A stretch of 64,000 bases of DNA from assembly GCA_963798085.1 (NCBI GenBank), contig CAWCRS010000007.1, positions 384,001-448,000 of the forward strand, read 5' to 3'. This DNA is from an uncultured Gemmatimonadales bacterium (GTDB lineage: Bacteria; Gemmatimonadota; Gemmatimonadetes; Longimicrobiales; RSA9). A program made the translations under genes and the position numbers. Within the stretch, counting starts at the first letter, position 1, and each line of letters starts with the position of its first letter. Below the pieces are notes generated by a model. It was not told where the DNA came from. It saw only the letters and a program-made list of their open reading frames with translations, and ran no database searches. This document shows positions 31,472 to 42,119 of the stretch, one piece after another.

Positions 31472-32911
31472 TCAGATCGAGGCCCGCAGCGCGCTGCCGC
31501 GGCGCAGTCCTCCCACCGCGAGCAGTACTACGCCATACGTGATCGCGCCCACGGGCACGGCCAGCCATACGGGCCGCTGGCCCAGCAGCAGCAGCGCACC
31601 CGCCATCACCAGCACAGCCAGCACGGGCCGCCAGTAGTGCAGCAGCGGCGGCCGGCCGTAGCCCACGGCGCCGCCGTAGTGCTGCGCAATCAGCATGCGC
31701 GCCACCTCGGCCAGTACGGTGGTGATCGCGGCCCCCATCATGCCCAGCAGCGGGATCAGCGAAAAATCGAGAGTCAGTGTGATGGCCGCTGACCACGCGG
31801 TCGTGTGCAGTACGCGATCCTGCCTGCCGGCCGCGATCAGCGCCGCCTGCAGCACACTGCGCAGCAGCAGGACCGGGATGGAGAGCAGGAGCACACGCAG
31901 AATGGGCGACGAAGCGGCGTAGTCGGGGCCGAAGATCAGCGCCACCAGTGCGGGCGCGAGCATGGCGCCGCCCACAGCCATGGGCAGTCCCACGGCGGCG
32001 ACCTGCCCCATGGCCGCGCGAAAGAGATCGCCGCCGCCGCCGTGCGTTGCCCGCAGCCGGCTGAACGCAGGCAGAATCGACAAGGTCGCGGTGTTGCCCA
32101 GTACGCCCAGGAAATTGATCAGTGTGTACGCGGCCAGGTAGAGCCCGACTTCGGCGCGCCCGCGGAACGCGCGTAGAATCAGCACATCGGCATTGTAGAT
32201 GACGAGCGCCAGCAGGTTGGTCACCAGCAGCGGCGCGGCGTGGTGCAGCACGGTGCGCACGAGCGCCGTGTCGATGCGCGGCCGCAGGCGCACGCCGCGC
32301 ACGCGCAGGCTGATGTAGAGCTGGAGTGCGGCCGCGCTCTCGCCCGCGAACTGCGCGAGTGGCACGCGATACAGATCGGCCGGGCCGTGCACGTAGAGCA
32401 GCAGCAGTGAGACGCGCACACCCTCGATCAGAAAGCGCGAAACGGCGACGCTGCGTGCCTGCTCGAGGCCGATGTGCACCCACCGCGTGCTCGCTCCGGT
32501 GGCCAGCAGTGTGAGACCGTAGAGCGCCAGTACCGGTCCCTCGGGCCGCGTCATCAGGCCCAGACCCACGGCCGTCATGGCCAGCGCGATGAGGCCGGAC
32601 GCGGCCAGCCGGCTGAGCGACATGGAAGCGGCCAGCAATGCCAGCTGTCCGCCGGCGCGCGAGATCTCCCGCGGGCCCAGCTGCTCCATTCCCAGATCGC
32701 CCACCGCGCCGAAATAGAGCAGCACGGCGAAAGCAAAGCCGACTACACCGTACGCCTCGCTGCCCAGCTGGCGCGCAATGTAAATGGTGCCCAGGAACCC
32801 GATCACGCGCGAGAGCAGCTCGCCGATCCCCAGTGTGACGAAGTTGCGCACCACGCTGGGCGGCGCCGTGGCGGTCGTGGTCTGCGCGGCGGGGCCCCCG
32901 GGCGTGCTCAC
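31472..32911 (-). CDS. Wzx-like oligosaccharide flippase (MOP superfamily)
   Basis: RNF...IARQLGSEAYG, DLGM, DVLIL...VGLYLAAY, LIFGPDY and LIPLLGMMGAAIT; 12-14 TMs. Confidence 0.88.
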   Translation of the reverse strand: MSTPGGPAAQTTTATAPPSVVRNFVTLGIGELLSRVIGFLGTIYIARQLGSEAYGVVGFAFAVLLYFGAVGDLGMEQLGPREISRAGGQLALLAASMSLSRLAASGLIALAMTAVGLGLMTRPEGPVLALYGLTLLATGASTRWVHIGLEQARSVAVSRFLIEGVRVSLLLLYVHGPADLYRVPLAQFAGESAAALQLYISLRVRGVRLRPRIDTALVRTVLHHAAPLLVTNLLALVIYNADVLILRAFRGRAEVGLYLAAYTLINFLGVLGNTATLSILPAFSRLRATHGGGGDLFRAAMGQVAAVGLPMAVGGAMLAPALVALIFGPDYAASSPILRVLLLSIPVLLLRSVLQAALIAAGRQDRVLHTTAWSAAITLTLDFSLIPLLGMMGAAITTVLAEVARMLIAQHYGGAVGYGRPPLLHYWRPVLAVLVMAGALLLLGQRPVWLAVPVGAITYGVVLLAVGGLRRGSALRASI

Positions 32912-33978
32912 GCGCCAGGCGCTGGCAGGGCGGGGGCCGCGGCCATGCGGTCGCCCGCGTGGGCCGGCCTAACAGAAGGTTTGCAGGCGGTGGCGTGCAG
33001 CAGCGGGCCGATGCGACGCAGCAGTGCGCGGCCGGGCGGTGTGCGCACGCCTGCGTTGTACGCATCGATCACGCGACGCAGGCCCGCACCGAACCCGGCG
33101 CGCTGCGCAGCCGGCACTTCAGGCACGTACACTTCGATGGCGTCGAATCCCTCACTTACGAGCAGCCGGCGCAGGCTGCGCGCCGAGAAGAGCCTGCGCT
33201 CGGGCGGGATTGCGCCCCGCGCCCGCACCCAGGCGGCCAGCACACGCGGTGGCAGCCAGCCTCCGGCCCAGAGCCCCACGTGCGGGTCGGGGCCCAGGCT
33301 GAGGCGATTGGGCGTCGCCAGGAACAGCCAGCCGCCCGGGCGCAGCACGCGGAACGCCTCCTCCGCGCCCCGCCGCGCGTCACGCAACAGCTCGATCGCG
33401 GAATCCAGCACCACGCGTTCCGCGACCTGATCAGGGAAGGGAAGCGCCTCGGCGCAGGCGCACAGCAGCGGCACATCGACACCCGCATCCTCCAGCCGCC
33501 TGCGCGCTACCACCAGCCAGCGGAACGCGATGTCGACACCCGCGACGCGCTGATAACGCCGTGTTGCGGGCACCAGCAGGGGCGCCGTTCCGCAGCCGAT
33601 CTCCAGCAGCGTGGCTGCAGCCGCGTCGCCGGCCGCCGACTGCTCCCAGCGATCCAGCGAGTGCGCGGCCCTGTCCGCTGCCGCCAGCAGGGCGCGCGTG
33701 AACGCCTTCGCCTGGAACGGCGGCACCACCGTGGTCTGCTGGTAGTACAGCTCGACCATGTCCGCGAAACTGAGTCCGGCGCTCGACTGCGCCAGCTTCT
33801 CGCCCTTGGCGCGATCCTCCTCGAAACCGATGTAGGGATCGGGCCAGAGACGCAGGTCGGGAATGCCGAGGCGCACCGGGTAGGCGCGCTGACACGCTGT
33901 GCAGACGAGGCTGTCAGTCCGGGAACGCAGCTCCTGGCGGCACGCGGGGCAGACTAGCTCGAGGCCGTGCCAGTCCAT
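32908..33978 (-). CDS. Class I SAM-dependent methyltransferase with N-terminal Trm112-like Zn ribbon
   Basis: LVCPAC...CTAC..YPVRLGIPDL, LLEIGCGT, AEALPF and RVLRPGG. Confidence 0.85.
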   Translation of the reverse strand: MDWHGLELVCPACRQELRSRTDSLVCTACQRAYPVRLGIPDLRLWPDPYIGFEEDRAKGEKLAQSSAGLSFADMVELYYQQTTVVPPFQAKAFTRALLAAADRAAHSLDRWEQSAAGDAAAATLLEIGCGTAPLLVPATRRYQRVAGVDIAFRWLVVARRRLEDAGVDVPLLCACAEALPFPDQVAERVVLDSAIELLRDARRGAEEAFRVLRPGGWLFLATPNRLSLGPDPHVGLWAGGWLPPRVLAAWVRARGAIPPERRLFSARSLRRLLVSEGFDAIEVYVPEVPAAQRAGFGAGLRRVIDAYNAGVRTPPGRALLRRIGPLLHATACKPSVRPAHAGDRMAAAPALPAPGA

Positions 33979-34790
33979 GCATCCGTTCCATGCGCCTTGC
34001 GGTCATCGCGCGCGCCGCGGGACGCGAAGACCATCCCCGTGTGACCGTCGAATGCCTCGCGATCAATGCGGAAGCCCGCGGCGCGCAACCGTTCGAGCGT
34101 GCCCGCGTGGCGGTCGGCACCGTGCGTTTCCATGGTGACCACGCCTGTGCGCGCCAGCACCTGCGCGGCGCCATCGAGTACGTCCAGCTCCATGCCCTCG
34201 GTATCGATCTTGAGCAGGGCAACCGCATCAATGCCATAGCCGTCGGCGTAGTCGTCCAGCGTCAGCACCTCGAGCCTGCGCTTCGTCACCGCGCGCTCCC
34301 ACGGAATGGTCGAGGCCATCACGGCATCCCGATCCACCGACAGCTCGATGTGTCCAGGCGAGGCGCCCACGGCAACGACGTTTACCGCAGCGGATGGACA
34401 GTTCAGCCGGGCCATGCGCGCGTTTTCCTCGAGCGGCTCGAAGCAATGAATCGCACGGCCCGGATACTCGCGCGCGAACCACGCGGCGGCCAGCCCTATA
34501 TTCGCGCCGACATCGAGAATGACGCCATCGCCCACCGGCACGGACGGCCGGTACACCTGACGATGGAAGAGATTGGGCAGGTTCGTGATGTCGCCGAAGT
34601 TGTCACGGAAGTGAAGCAGCCCGCCGCGCGCACGCACCGTGTAGATCTGCCCGGGATGATGGCGCGCCAGGCCGAGGCGGACCCGAATGTTCTTCGTTTC
34701 GTGCCACAGGATCGCGCGGCTCGCCGCGCCATCCTCGCCTACCGCGCTGGCACACGCCCAGAACTCTGCGAGCCTGCCGAACCCCGCCAT
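33954..34790 (-). CDS. FkbM family methyltransferase
   Basis: ILDVGANIG, CFEP and LLKIDTEGMELDVL. Confidence 0.9.
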   Translation of the reverse strand: MAGFGRLAEFWACASAVGEDGAASRAILWHETKNIRVRLGLARHHPGQIYTVRARGGLLHFRDNFGDITNLPNLFHRQVYRPSVPVGDGVILDVGANIGLAAAWFAREYPGRAIHCFEPLEENARMARLNCPSAAVNVVAVGASPGHIELSVDRDAVMASTIPWERAVTKRRLEVLTLDDYADGYGIDAVALLKIDTEGMELDVLDGAAQVLARTGVVTMETHGADRHAGTLERLRAAGFRIDREAFDGHTGMVFASRGARDDRKAHGTDAWTGTASS

Positions 34791-34793
34791 CGC

Positions 34794-35760
34794 TCAGCCC
34801 TTGCCCTGGAGCGCGGGTTGCGCTGCCACCGCACGACCGGGCGCGAGCCGGCCGGGCGATCCGGTCAGATAGCCCACGAACTCACCCGCCATCCAGAGGC
34901 AGGCGACGAACAGCAGGGCGGGCAGCACGCGCGGGATCTGCCCGCGATAACGCTTTCTTAGCAGCAGATTCCTGACCGCACGCCAGGCCAGCAGGAACGG
35001 CATGATGACGCAGGCAGCGGCATACACAAGGCGCCGGGAGAGGGGCGCATTCTCCACGCGCGTGCTGGCGAACAGCCGGCCGAATGCGTACCGGTCGCGC
35101 GCGGCGGAATGCCACAGTCAGCGGGCGCTGCTCGCGGACAATGATGGCGGGATCCAGCCAGAGCACGCGGCCCAGCGCGTGCAGCCGCCCGTTCACCACG
35201 TTCTCGTGAAATTCACCGTCCCAGGCATCAGCCACTTCGTCGAGCGCCGCACGCTTGTAGCTGACATTGCAGTCGGTAAGCGTGTGGGCGGGTCCCGCGG
35301 GCAGCGGATTCATGTAGCGACTGTAATCCGTGAGATAGACAGCCCAATTGAGCGCGGAGTCGGAGCTCCGGCCCGCGGGGAACCCTTTCTCGACGGAGCC
35401 GCCCACGGCTGCGTGCGCCGCTTCGTGCGCGGCCAGCACGCGCGCGCCCCAGTCCGGGTCAGGAACACAGTGGTCCTCGAGCAGGGCAACGATACGGCCA
35501 CGTGCGCGTGTTACCGCCAGTGTCCGCAGTTCGGCGGGTGTGCGGCGGCCCGGCAGGCGCAGAAATGCGACCTGCGGAAAACGCTGCTCCAGCGACGCAG
35601 CGTCCGACAGTGCGTCGTCGCAGGGCACGATGATCTCGGGCAGGTCGATGCCCTGCTGCCGGGTCAGCGCTTCGAGGCACCGCGCCAGCGGCTCGCGTCC
35701 CGCGAACATGATGACCGAGACGCTGAGCGCGCAGGGCGCATCCCGCTGCACGTCGCTCAC
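34794..35760 (-). CDS. Glycosyltransferase family 2-like; single frameshift near 35105
   Basis: LARCLEAL, ALLEDHC, AVGG and NVSYKR; the C-terminal membrane part (GEFVGY) is in ORF 34794-35057; GTG at 35760 in a GTGA overlap. Confidence 0.75.
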
Positions 35761-36854
35761 GCGTTCGCCTCCATCTGCTCCAGGTCCGCACTGCGCGGCG
35801 GGGCCGCGGCCGGCGCCAGGTGCGTGGCCGCACACGCGATCTCGATGGCGCGCAGGCCATCCGTTCCGGTCGCAATGTTCGAGCGCTGTCCCGCAACGGC
35901 CTGTTCCAGCGCCGCGTACTCGCGCACGAAGCTCTGCTCGACCACCCAGCGGTAGGAACGCAGGTGCTCGCCGATCATGGTGCTCAGGAATGATTCGCGC
36001 GAGCGCTGCATGGTACCACCGGGCCGGTCCGAGCGCAGCATCTCGAGACGCATCGGGAAGCACGTCGCCACGATGCTGCCGCGCGTGCCCACCAGCTCAA
36101 TGGCGAAACGGTAGCGTCCCCACTCCGTCCAGCTGGCGTGCAGCGTGGCCACGCGGTCCGCGGCATTGCGCAGCAGGAGGAAGCCGTTGTCCTCGGCACG
36201 GCCGTAGCCCCAGACCCAGCCGGTCGCCCACCCCTGGATGTCCACCACTTCGCCCAGGAACCAGCGCGTCAGATCGATCAGGTGAATGCCGTTGTCGTGC
36301 AGCGCGCCACCACCCACGACGCTGGCATCCTTGACCCACGGCTGGTTGTGACTGGTCGCCGAGTATCCGGCGTACGCGCGAATGTGGCTCAGCTCACCGA
36401 TCTCGCCGCGCTCGAGCAGCTCGTGCGCGCGCTGGAACAATGGATAGAAGCGGTAGTTGAAGCCCGTGGCCAGCACACGGTTCGCGGCCTTCGCCGCCGC
36501 CACCATCTCGCGACACTCATCCGGCGTGCGCGCCAGCGGCTTCTCACACAGCACGTGCTTGCCGGCTTGCAGCGCCGCAACCGCCATCTCGGCGTGCAGT
36601 GAAGGCGGCGTGGAGATAATCGCCACATCCAGATCGCGCGTGAGCAGTGTGTGCCATTCGCGATCGTGCAATGCGCCATGCCTGGTGGCCAGCGCAGCCG
36701 CCTTGCGGCCGTCCACATCGCTGACAGCCACCAGACGTGCGCCGGCGCGCGCCAGTGCCGCCGCACGCACCACACCAATGTCACCACAACCGATCAGCCC
36801 GTACCGCAACGAGCCGGCCTTCGGCTGTGCGCGGGACGCCTCAATCTTCGACAT
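35757..36854 (-). CDS. Gfo/Idh/MocA family oxidoreductase
   Basis: GLIGCGDIG, STPPSLH, GKHVLCEKP, GFNYRF and GGGALHDNGIHLID. Confidence 0.92.
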   Translation of the reverse strand: MSKIEASRAQPKAGSLRYGLIGCGDIGVVRAAALARAGARLVAVSDVDGRKAAALATRHGALHDREWHTLLTRDLDVAIISTPPSLHAEMAVAALQAGKHVLCEKPLARTPDECREMVAAAKAANRVLATGFNYRFYPLFQRAHELLERGEIGELSHIRAYAGYSATSHNQPWVKDASVVGGGALHDNGIHLIDLTRWFLGEVVDIQGWATGWVWGYGRAEDNGFLLLRNAADRVATLHASWTEWGRYRFAIELVGTRGSIVATCFPMRLEMLRSDRPGGTMQRSRESFLSTMIGEHLRSYRWVVEQSFVREYAALEQAVAGQRSNIATGTDGLRAIEIACAATHLAPAAAPPRSADLEQMEANA

Positions 36855-37830
36855 GACTCAACCCGTACCTCTCCATGGTCCTGCGAATACCATCCGCCAC
36901 GGTCGTGGGCGGCGTCCAACCGGTGAGCTGGCGCAGCTTCGCCGTGCTCACCGCACCATAACACATGGTTTCACTGCGCTGCGGCAGCGCGCCGAATTGC
37001 AGGCGCTGCGCGGGCAGCCCCAGCTGATACGCCGCCTGTTCCGCGAAGGAGCGCACCGAGGTGAGCTGGCCGGTGCCCAGATTCACCACGGTCGCCCCGG
37101 AAACCCGGGCCGCGCCGAGTCGAAGCAGGCCCTCGGCAACGTCGTCTATGTAGATGAAGTCCAGCGCCTGCGTCCCGCTCGTGAGCGGTAGTGACGCGGC
37201 CGTCGTTGTCGCCTCGATCAGCGAGGGCAGCAGCCTGCCTTCCATTTCACCCGGGCCGTACACCGTGAAGATGCGCGCCGTCATCACGGGAATGCCGGAC
37301 AGAGCGGCACAGCGCTGCAGCGCCAGCGTGCCCGCCAGTTTCGTGCGCCCGTACAGCGTGGTCGGGCGAGGCGGCGTTTCCTCCGTCAGCTCGCCGGCTG
37401 CCATGCCGTACTCGAGCTGCGTGCCCGCGTGCACCAGTGCGGCACCCGGCCAGGATGCATCGCGCACGTGGCTCACGGCTTCGCAGAGATGCATGGGTGC
37501 TTCGCCATTGATGCGCTGCGCCGGCACCGCATCCTGCTCCGCACGCGCCACGCCGTAGCCCGTCAGGTTGAACGTCACGTGGGGCCGCAGCAGACGCAGT
37601 GTAGCGTGGAGGCGGGCGCGGTCCAGCACATCACAGTCGACGATCCCCGTATCGAATCCAGTTTCGGCCTGCAACAGCTCCGCCGCCTCGCGGTCGCGCA
37701 CCACCCGCGTCACATGCGCATCCTGTGCCACCAGCGCCCTGGCCACCGCCCCGCCAATGAAGCCGGTCGCCCCGAACACCAGTGCGCGCACGCCGGCATA
37801 ACGGCGCAGCACGGCCGCATCAGTGGTCAC
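36841..37830 (-). CDS. NAD-dependent epimerase/dehydratase (possible NDP-4-keto sugar reductase)
   Basis: VFGATGFIG, GTQLEYG, YGRTK, RIFTVYGP, DFIYIDDV and NLGTG. Confidence 0.87.
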   Translation of the reverse strand: MTTDAAVLRRYAGVRALVFGATGFIGGAVARALVAQDAHVTRVVRDREAAELLQAETGFDTGIVDCDVLDRARLHATLRLLRPHVTFNLTGYGVARAEQDAVPAQRINGEAPMHLCEAVSHVRDASWPGAALVHAGTQLEYGMAAGELTEETPPRPTTLYGRTKLAGTLALQRCAALSGIPVMTARIFTVYGPGEMEGRLLPSLIEATTTAASLPLTSGTQALDFIYIDDVAEGLLRLGAARVSGATVVNLGTGQLTSVRSFAEQAAYQLGLPAQRLQFGALPQRSETMCYGAVSTAKLRQLTGWTPPTTVADGIRRTMERYGLSHVED

Positions 37831-39999
37831 GCGGCGACTCCTGCAGCAGTGTGGCCGCAGTCACCGGCCCGCGCGCCACGCGAAACCCCTCGCCCGTACG
37901 CGAGGGACCATCAGGATCCACACCGGGCGATCAGGAAACGCTTCCAGCACGGCGCGCTCCGTCGCCGCGTCCCTGTCCCACGCGTACACCGGCGCGGCGC
38001 TCTGCAGATCGACGGGATTGTAAACAGCCGCAGCAGCATAATCCGGGTGATTGCGGCCGCGCACGAGGACAAGGCTTCTGCCGAATCCATTGCGTAACGC
38101 GAGAGTGCGCACGTCAGGCCGGCCGCCGCGATAGTGGTAATACTTGTCCGCCGCGCGCCAGGGCACGAAGACCAGCAGTGTGGCCAGACAGAGCGCGAGT
38201 ACGGCGAGCTGCGGTCGCGCCCCGTCCTCCGCGCGCACGAAGCTGTCGCTCAGCACCTCCAGCCCGCGCGCGCTCAGCACCAGACAGGGGATGAGAATGA
38301 GATACCAGTAGCGCGCGCCGAAATCGGGGCCGCCACTGAACCAGTAAAAGCTGTGTGCGCCCGTGATCGCGAGGATCACGGCCAGCATGTGCCAGTCACG
38401 ACGTTGCATGCGCCGTGAGAACACCAGCAGCGCCAGCAGCAGCAGTGAGCCGGTTGCCCAGCCCAGCAACTCGATGTTCACCTGGAAAGCGTTGAAGTTC
38501 GCGTTGACCGCGACATCGATGGGACCGTGGCCCGGGAATGGATCGAGTCCGCCGAAGGGCAATCCGCGATTGGCGCCGAACCCCAGCGAATTGGAGCCGA
38601 CACCGTAGTGCGAATCCGTGTATGCCATGATCGGAAAGTATGTGGCGCGACCCGTGAAATGGCGGTTGTAAGGCAGTGTTGTGGCGGCGGTGGCCATGGC
38701 GGTGAGGCCCATGAGTGTGAGCTGCAGTACCCGCCTGCCGGCACGCGGGCGGCCGCCCAGTGTCCAGAGGCCGAGCAGCAACGCCGCGGTGAATCCCTCG
38801 AGCGGGCGGCTGAGTCCCAGAAAACCCAGACCGATTCCCGCCGGCAGAGCCCACCACAGACGACCACCGTCGCGCAGGCGCAGCACGGCGAGCGCCGCAA
38901 GGAGCGCCGCGGGCAGTGTCACCTGGTGATTCATGAAGCTCATGCCCATGAACAGGAACCAGGGTGAGCTGCACAGCAGCAGCACACTGAGCCTCGCCAG
39001 TCGCCGCCCGTACATCCCGGCCACCACGCGGTACGCCAGCAGCACGCTGATGCCGCTCAGCAGGGGATTCACCAGCCACGCAGCGCCCAGCCGCGCACCC
39101 AGCGCGAGCACCGCAGGCCAGCCGGGCGGAACCGGCGAGTACCAGCGCGTCGCATCATACGTCATCAGGTCGATGTCGAACGCGGCCGGCACCGGCGGCA
39201 GCTTCATGGACAGCAGCCCGTGCGCGAAGTAGCGGGCGTGCAGCAGGTAGACGAACTCGTCGGGCACGTGCGGCTGACGCTGGTACGCGAGCACATTGAG
39301 CAGTGCCGCAGCCAGCACGGCGAATCCTGCCGCGAACCAGCTGAAACGGTCCAGACGCGTGGCGTCGTTTGCAGCGCCCAGCAGGTGATCACTCCTGCGC
39401 TGCAGAGCCGTGACGTCGCTTGCGGGCAGCGCGCCGAAGGCCAGGACGACGGTGGCGAGCGCCAGCAGCTGCAGCAGCGTGGCCAGCACCAGCTCCTGCA
39501 CGTATGCCTGTGGCGGTCGTGAGAGCGTCGCGCTCGTCAGTACGAAGAGGATGACCACCGCGGCGAGTCGCAGGCCCGTCCAGCGCTCCGCCAGCCAGCG
39601 CGCCAGAGCGTGACGCCGTCCGGCTAACGCCGCCGTAACGACGACGAGCTGCAGAACGAGCAGTGCACTCCAGACCCGGTTGCCGCCGCCGGCCAGCTGG
39701 CTCCAGGCAGCGATGTGCTGGTATCCCACACTGGGTCCGGCGTGGATCAGCTGGAGCGTTATCGCCTGTCCGACGAGCGCCGTGCCCGCCCATGCCAGGA
39801 AGCGCAGGCGCTCGCGCGTCGCGAACAGCGCGGTTATCAGGAACACCACGGCCAATGCGACCGGCACCACGAAGCGGCCGGTCAACTGGCCCTCCGCGCC
39901 GCGGAAAGCGCCGCCCAGGAACGCCCATGCCAGCGTGCCGGCCGTCAGCAGCCAGCACAGCAGGCGCAGCGCGAGCCACGCGCCGGTGCGCGGTGACAT
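37820..39999 (-). CDS. Large GT-C fold membrane glycosyltransferase (GT39/ArnT-like); probable 1 nt deletion near 37912
   Basis: PHVPDEFVY, PPGWPAVLA, WLVNP, SFMNH and GARYWY with many TMs; the ORF stops at 37861, but restoring one base gives a tail ending at 37820 that overlaps the next gene. Confidence 0.75.
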
Positions 40000-40068
40000 A
40001 GCGCCGTCACGACCCGGGGCCACGGGTTTCACGGTGGAAGTCGTGCCGGTCGACGGCATGCGCCGATC

Positions 40069-41883
40069 TCAGTGGCGCGCCGGACGGATCCTGCCCGGAA
40101 AGCGCTCGAGTGGCTTTGCGAGCAGCGCCCGTACACTGTCCGCCGTGGTGCTCAGATCGTGTCGCTCGTCCGGGTCCTGCCGCAGATCGTACAGCTCGAA
40201 GGCGCCGTCGCCATCGCGGATCAGCTTCAGCGGATCGGCAAACGTGGCCCGCATGTCGCCGTGGCTCACCGGATAGTTGGTCGGGTTCCCCGAAGCGTAG
40301 CTCACGGCCGCGATGAGCGTGTCCGGCCGCGTCGCGAGACCGGGCGGCGCAATCCACCAGCGCGCCAGTGATCGACCCGGTAACAGGCTGTCAGAGGGTA
40401 CGCCCAGCACGTCCAGCACCGTGGCCGCCACATCGCGCAGCGAGATCCACGCATCGACGCGCGCGCCGCGCGGCACCGACCGCGGCCAGGATATCACCAG
40501 CGGCACGTGCAGCACACGATCGTACAGGCTGTTGCCGTGCGTGAACACGCCGTGCTCACCGAATTCCTCACCGTGATCGGCGGTCACGATCACAATCGTG
40601 TTATCGAGCATGCCGCGCTGCCGCAGCGAATCCAGCAGCATCCCCAGGTGCTGATCCAGGTAGGCGATCGAGCCGTCGTAGGCATCGCGCTCGGCCACCA
40701 CTTCGCGCGGCGACAGCTTGCGCACCTGGCGCAGCACCGGGTCGCGACCCGGGAGCCGCGGCCCGAACAGCGTGTCCCACGGCGAGGGCGGCAGATAGGG
40801 ATCATGCGCATCGAAATAGTTGAGGAACGCGAAGAACGGGTGACCGTTGTCGCGGCCCGCCCAGCGCAGGAACTCCGCGTCCACATCCGGTGCGCGCTTG
40901 CGCCCCGGCAGATCGTCCATGTGCAGCGCGTGCCGCCAGCGCGGCCGGTTCACGATCGCGCGCATCAGCGAGGACGAGCGCAGCAAATCGCCCGCCGAGA
41001 AAACGAAATAGTCGGCGTAGTGCGTGAAACCGCGCGCGAGCCCGGTCTCGCGACTCGTATTGTACGTGTTGGCCGCGAACCCGCCGGTCCGCCAGCCGCG
41101 ATCGCGCAACACTTCCGCGAGCGTGCGCGGCCTGGCATCCAGCGGCGTGCGCCAGTCCGCCGACAGCTCGGGCGCCAGCAGGCCGGTGAAGACGCTGGCG
41201 TGCGAGGGCAGCGTCCACGGCGCCGTCGAATACGCATGATCGAAAGCCACTCCGCTTTCCGCCAGCCGCTGCAGATTGGGCGAGGTCGGCCGCTCATAGC
41301 CGTAGAGACTGAGACTCGCGGCGCGCACCGTGTCCCAGATGATCAGCAGCACGTTCGGCGCACCGGCCGGCGGCGCCGGCAGCGCGGCCAGCGCGCGCCG
41401 CTCTTCCAGCAGCCAGCGCCCGTTCAGGCCTGCGAACACCGCTGTTACCAGAAGGGCCAGCACCGGCACGGCCCGCCGCGCGAGCGGCACGAACCGGCCT
41501 GCGCGTCGCGCCAGCATCAGCGACAGCTGCGTGGCAATGCCCGCTGCCACCAGCAGCGCGGCCAGCTTCGACAAGCGCTGATAGAGGAAAAGTACACCCG
41601 CGCCGCCCAGTGCCATGCACACCAGCAGCACCCAGCGCAGCATGCGATCCGGCGAGACGCGCCAGGCGAGCACGCGCAGCAGCGCCGTGAGCAGCAGGAA
41701 GAGCAGGAGATAGGATATCGGCGCGAGCCACGCAGATTGCGGATTCAGATGGGTGAAGCGGTCCAGGCCGAAACGCGCCAGCGCCAGCAGCGCCGTCTCC
41801 GCCAGCCCAGTCGCCAGCCCCAGCGCGGCCGCCACGAGGAACACGTCGCGCCAGCGCAGACGGGACGGTTCGCCCTGCTTCAC
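40069..41883 (-). CDS. Membrane-anchored sulfatase-fold enzyme 3 (intact)
   Basis: About five N-terminal TMs, LIIWDTVRA, PWTLPSHASVFTG, FLNYFDAHDPY, ADHGEEFGEHG and ELYDL..DPDE; GTG at 41883 after GGGGAG. Confidence 0.88.
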   Translation of the reverse strand: MKQGEPSRLRWRDVFLVAAALGLATGLAETALLALARFGLDRFTHLNPQSAWLAPISYLLLFLLLTALLRVLAWRVSPDRMLRWVLLVCMALGGAGVLFLYQRLSKLAALLVAAGIATQLSLMLARRAGRFVPLARRAVPVLALLVTAVFAGLNGRWLLEERRALAALPAPPAGAPNVLLIIWDTVRAASLSLYGYERPTSPNLQRLAESGVAFDHAYSTAPWTLPSHASVFTGLLAPELSADWRTPLDARPRTLAEVLRDRGWRTGGFAANTYNTSRETGLARGFTHYADYFVFSAGDLLRSSSLMRAIVNRPRWRHALHMDDLPGRKRAPDVDAEFLRWAGRDNGHPFFAFLNYFDAHDPYLPPSPWDTLFGPRLPGRDPVLRQVRKLSPREVVAERDAYDGSIAYLDQHLGMLLDSLRQRGMLDNTIVIVTADHGEEFGEHGVFTHGNSLYDRVLHVPLVISWPRSVPRGARVDAWISLRDVAATVLDVLGVPSDSLLPGRSLARWWIAPPGLATRPDTLIAAVSYASGNPTNYPVSHGDMRATFADPLKLIRDGDGAFELYDLRQDPDERHDLSTTADSVRALLAKPLERFPGRIRPARH

Positions 41884-42014
41884 GTGTGGCTCCCCGCTCT
41901 TGTCTGGAAACTCGCGGCGTGCCTGCCAGCCGGACAACGCTGCCAACGAAGGCCCCGACCGCGGCCCGGCCGCCCGTCCACCGCAGGCCAACGCACGGCT
42001 GATTGCAACCCGGA

Positions 42015-42031
42015 TTGCACTGCGGCCGCCA
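42015..42031 (-). promoter_or_regulatory. Possible sigma54 -24/-12 element
   Basis: TGGCGGC-CGCA-GTGCAA on the minus strand (GG-N10-GC), about 130 nt upstream of sulfatase-fold gene 3. Confidence 0.25.
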
Positions 42032-42119
42032 CCAGCGCCGCTGCTCCGGGCTGCATCACGCCCCGCCGATGGCAACCCGCTTCAGGACTCAACGGCGAAC
42101 TGCTCAATGTGCGGAGATT

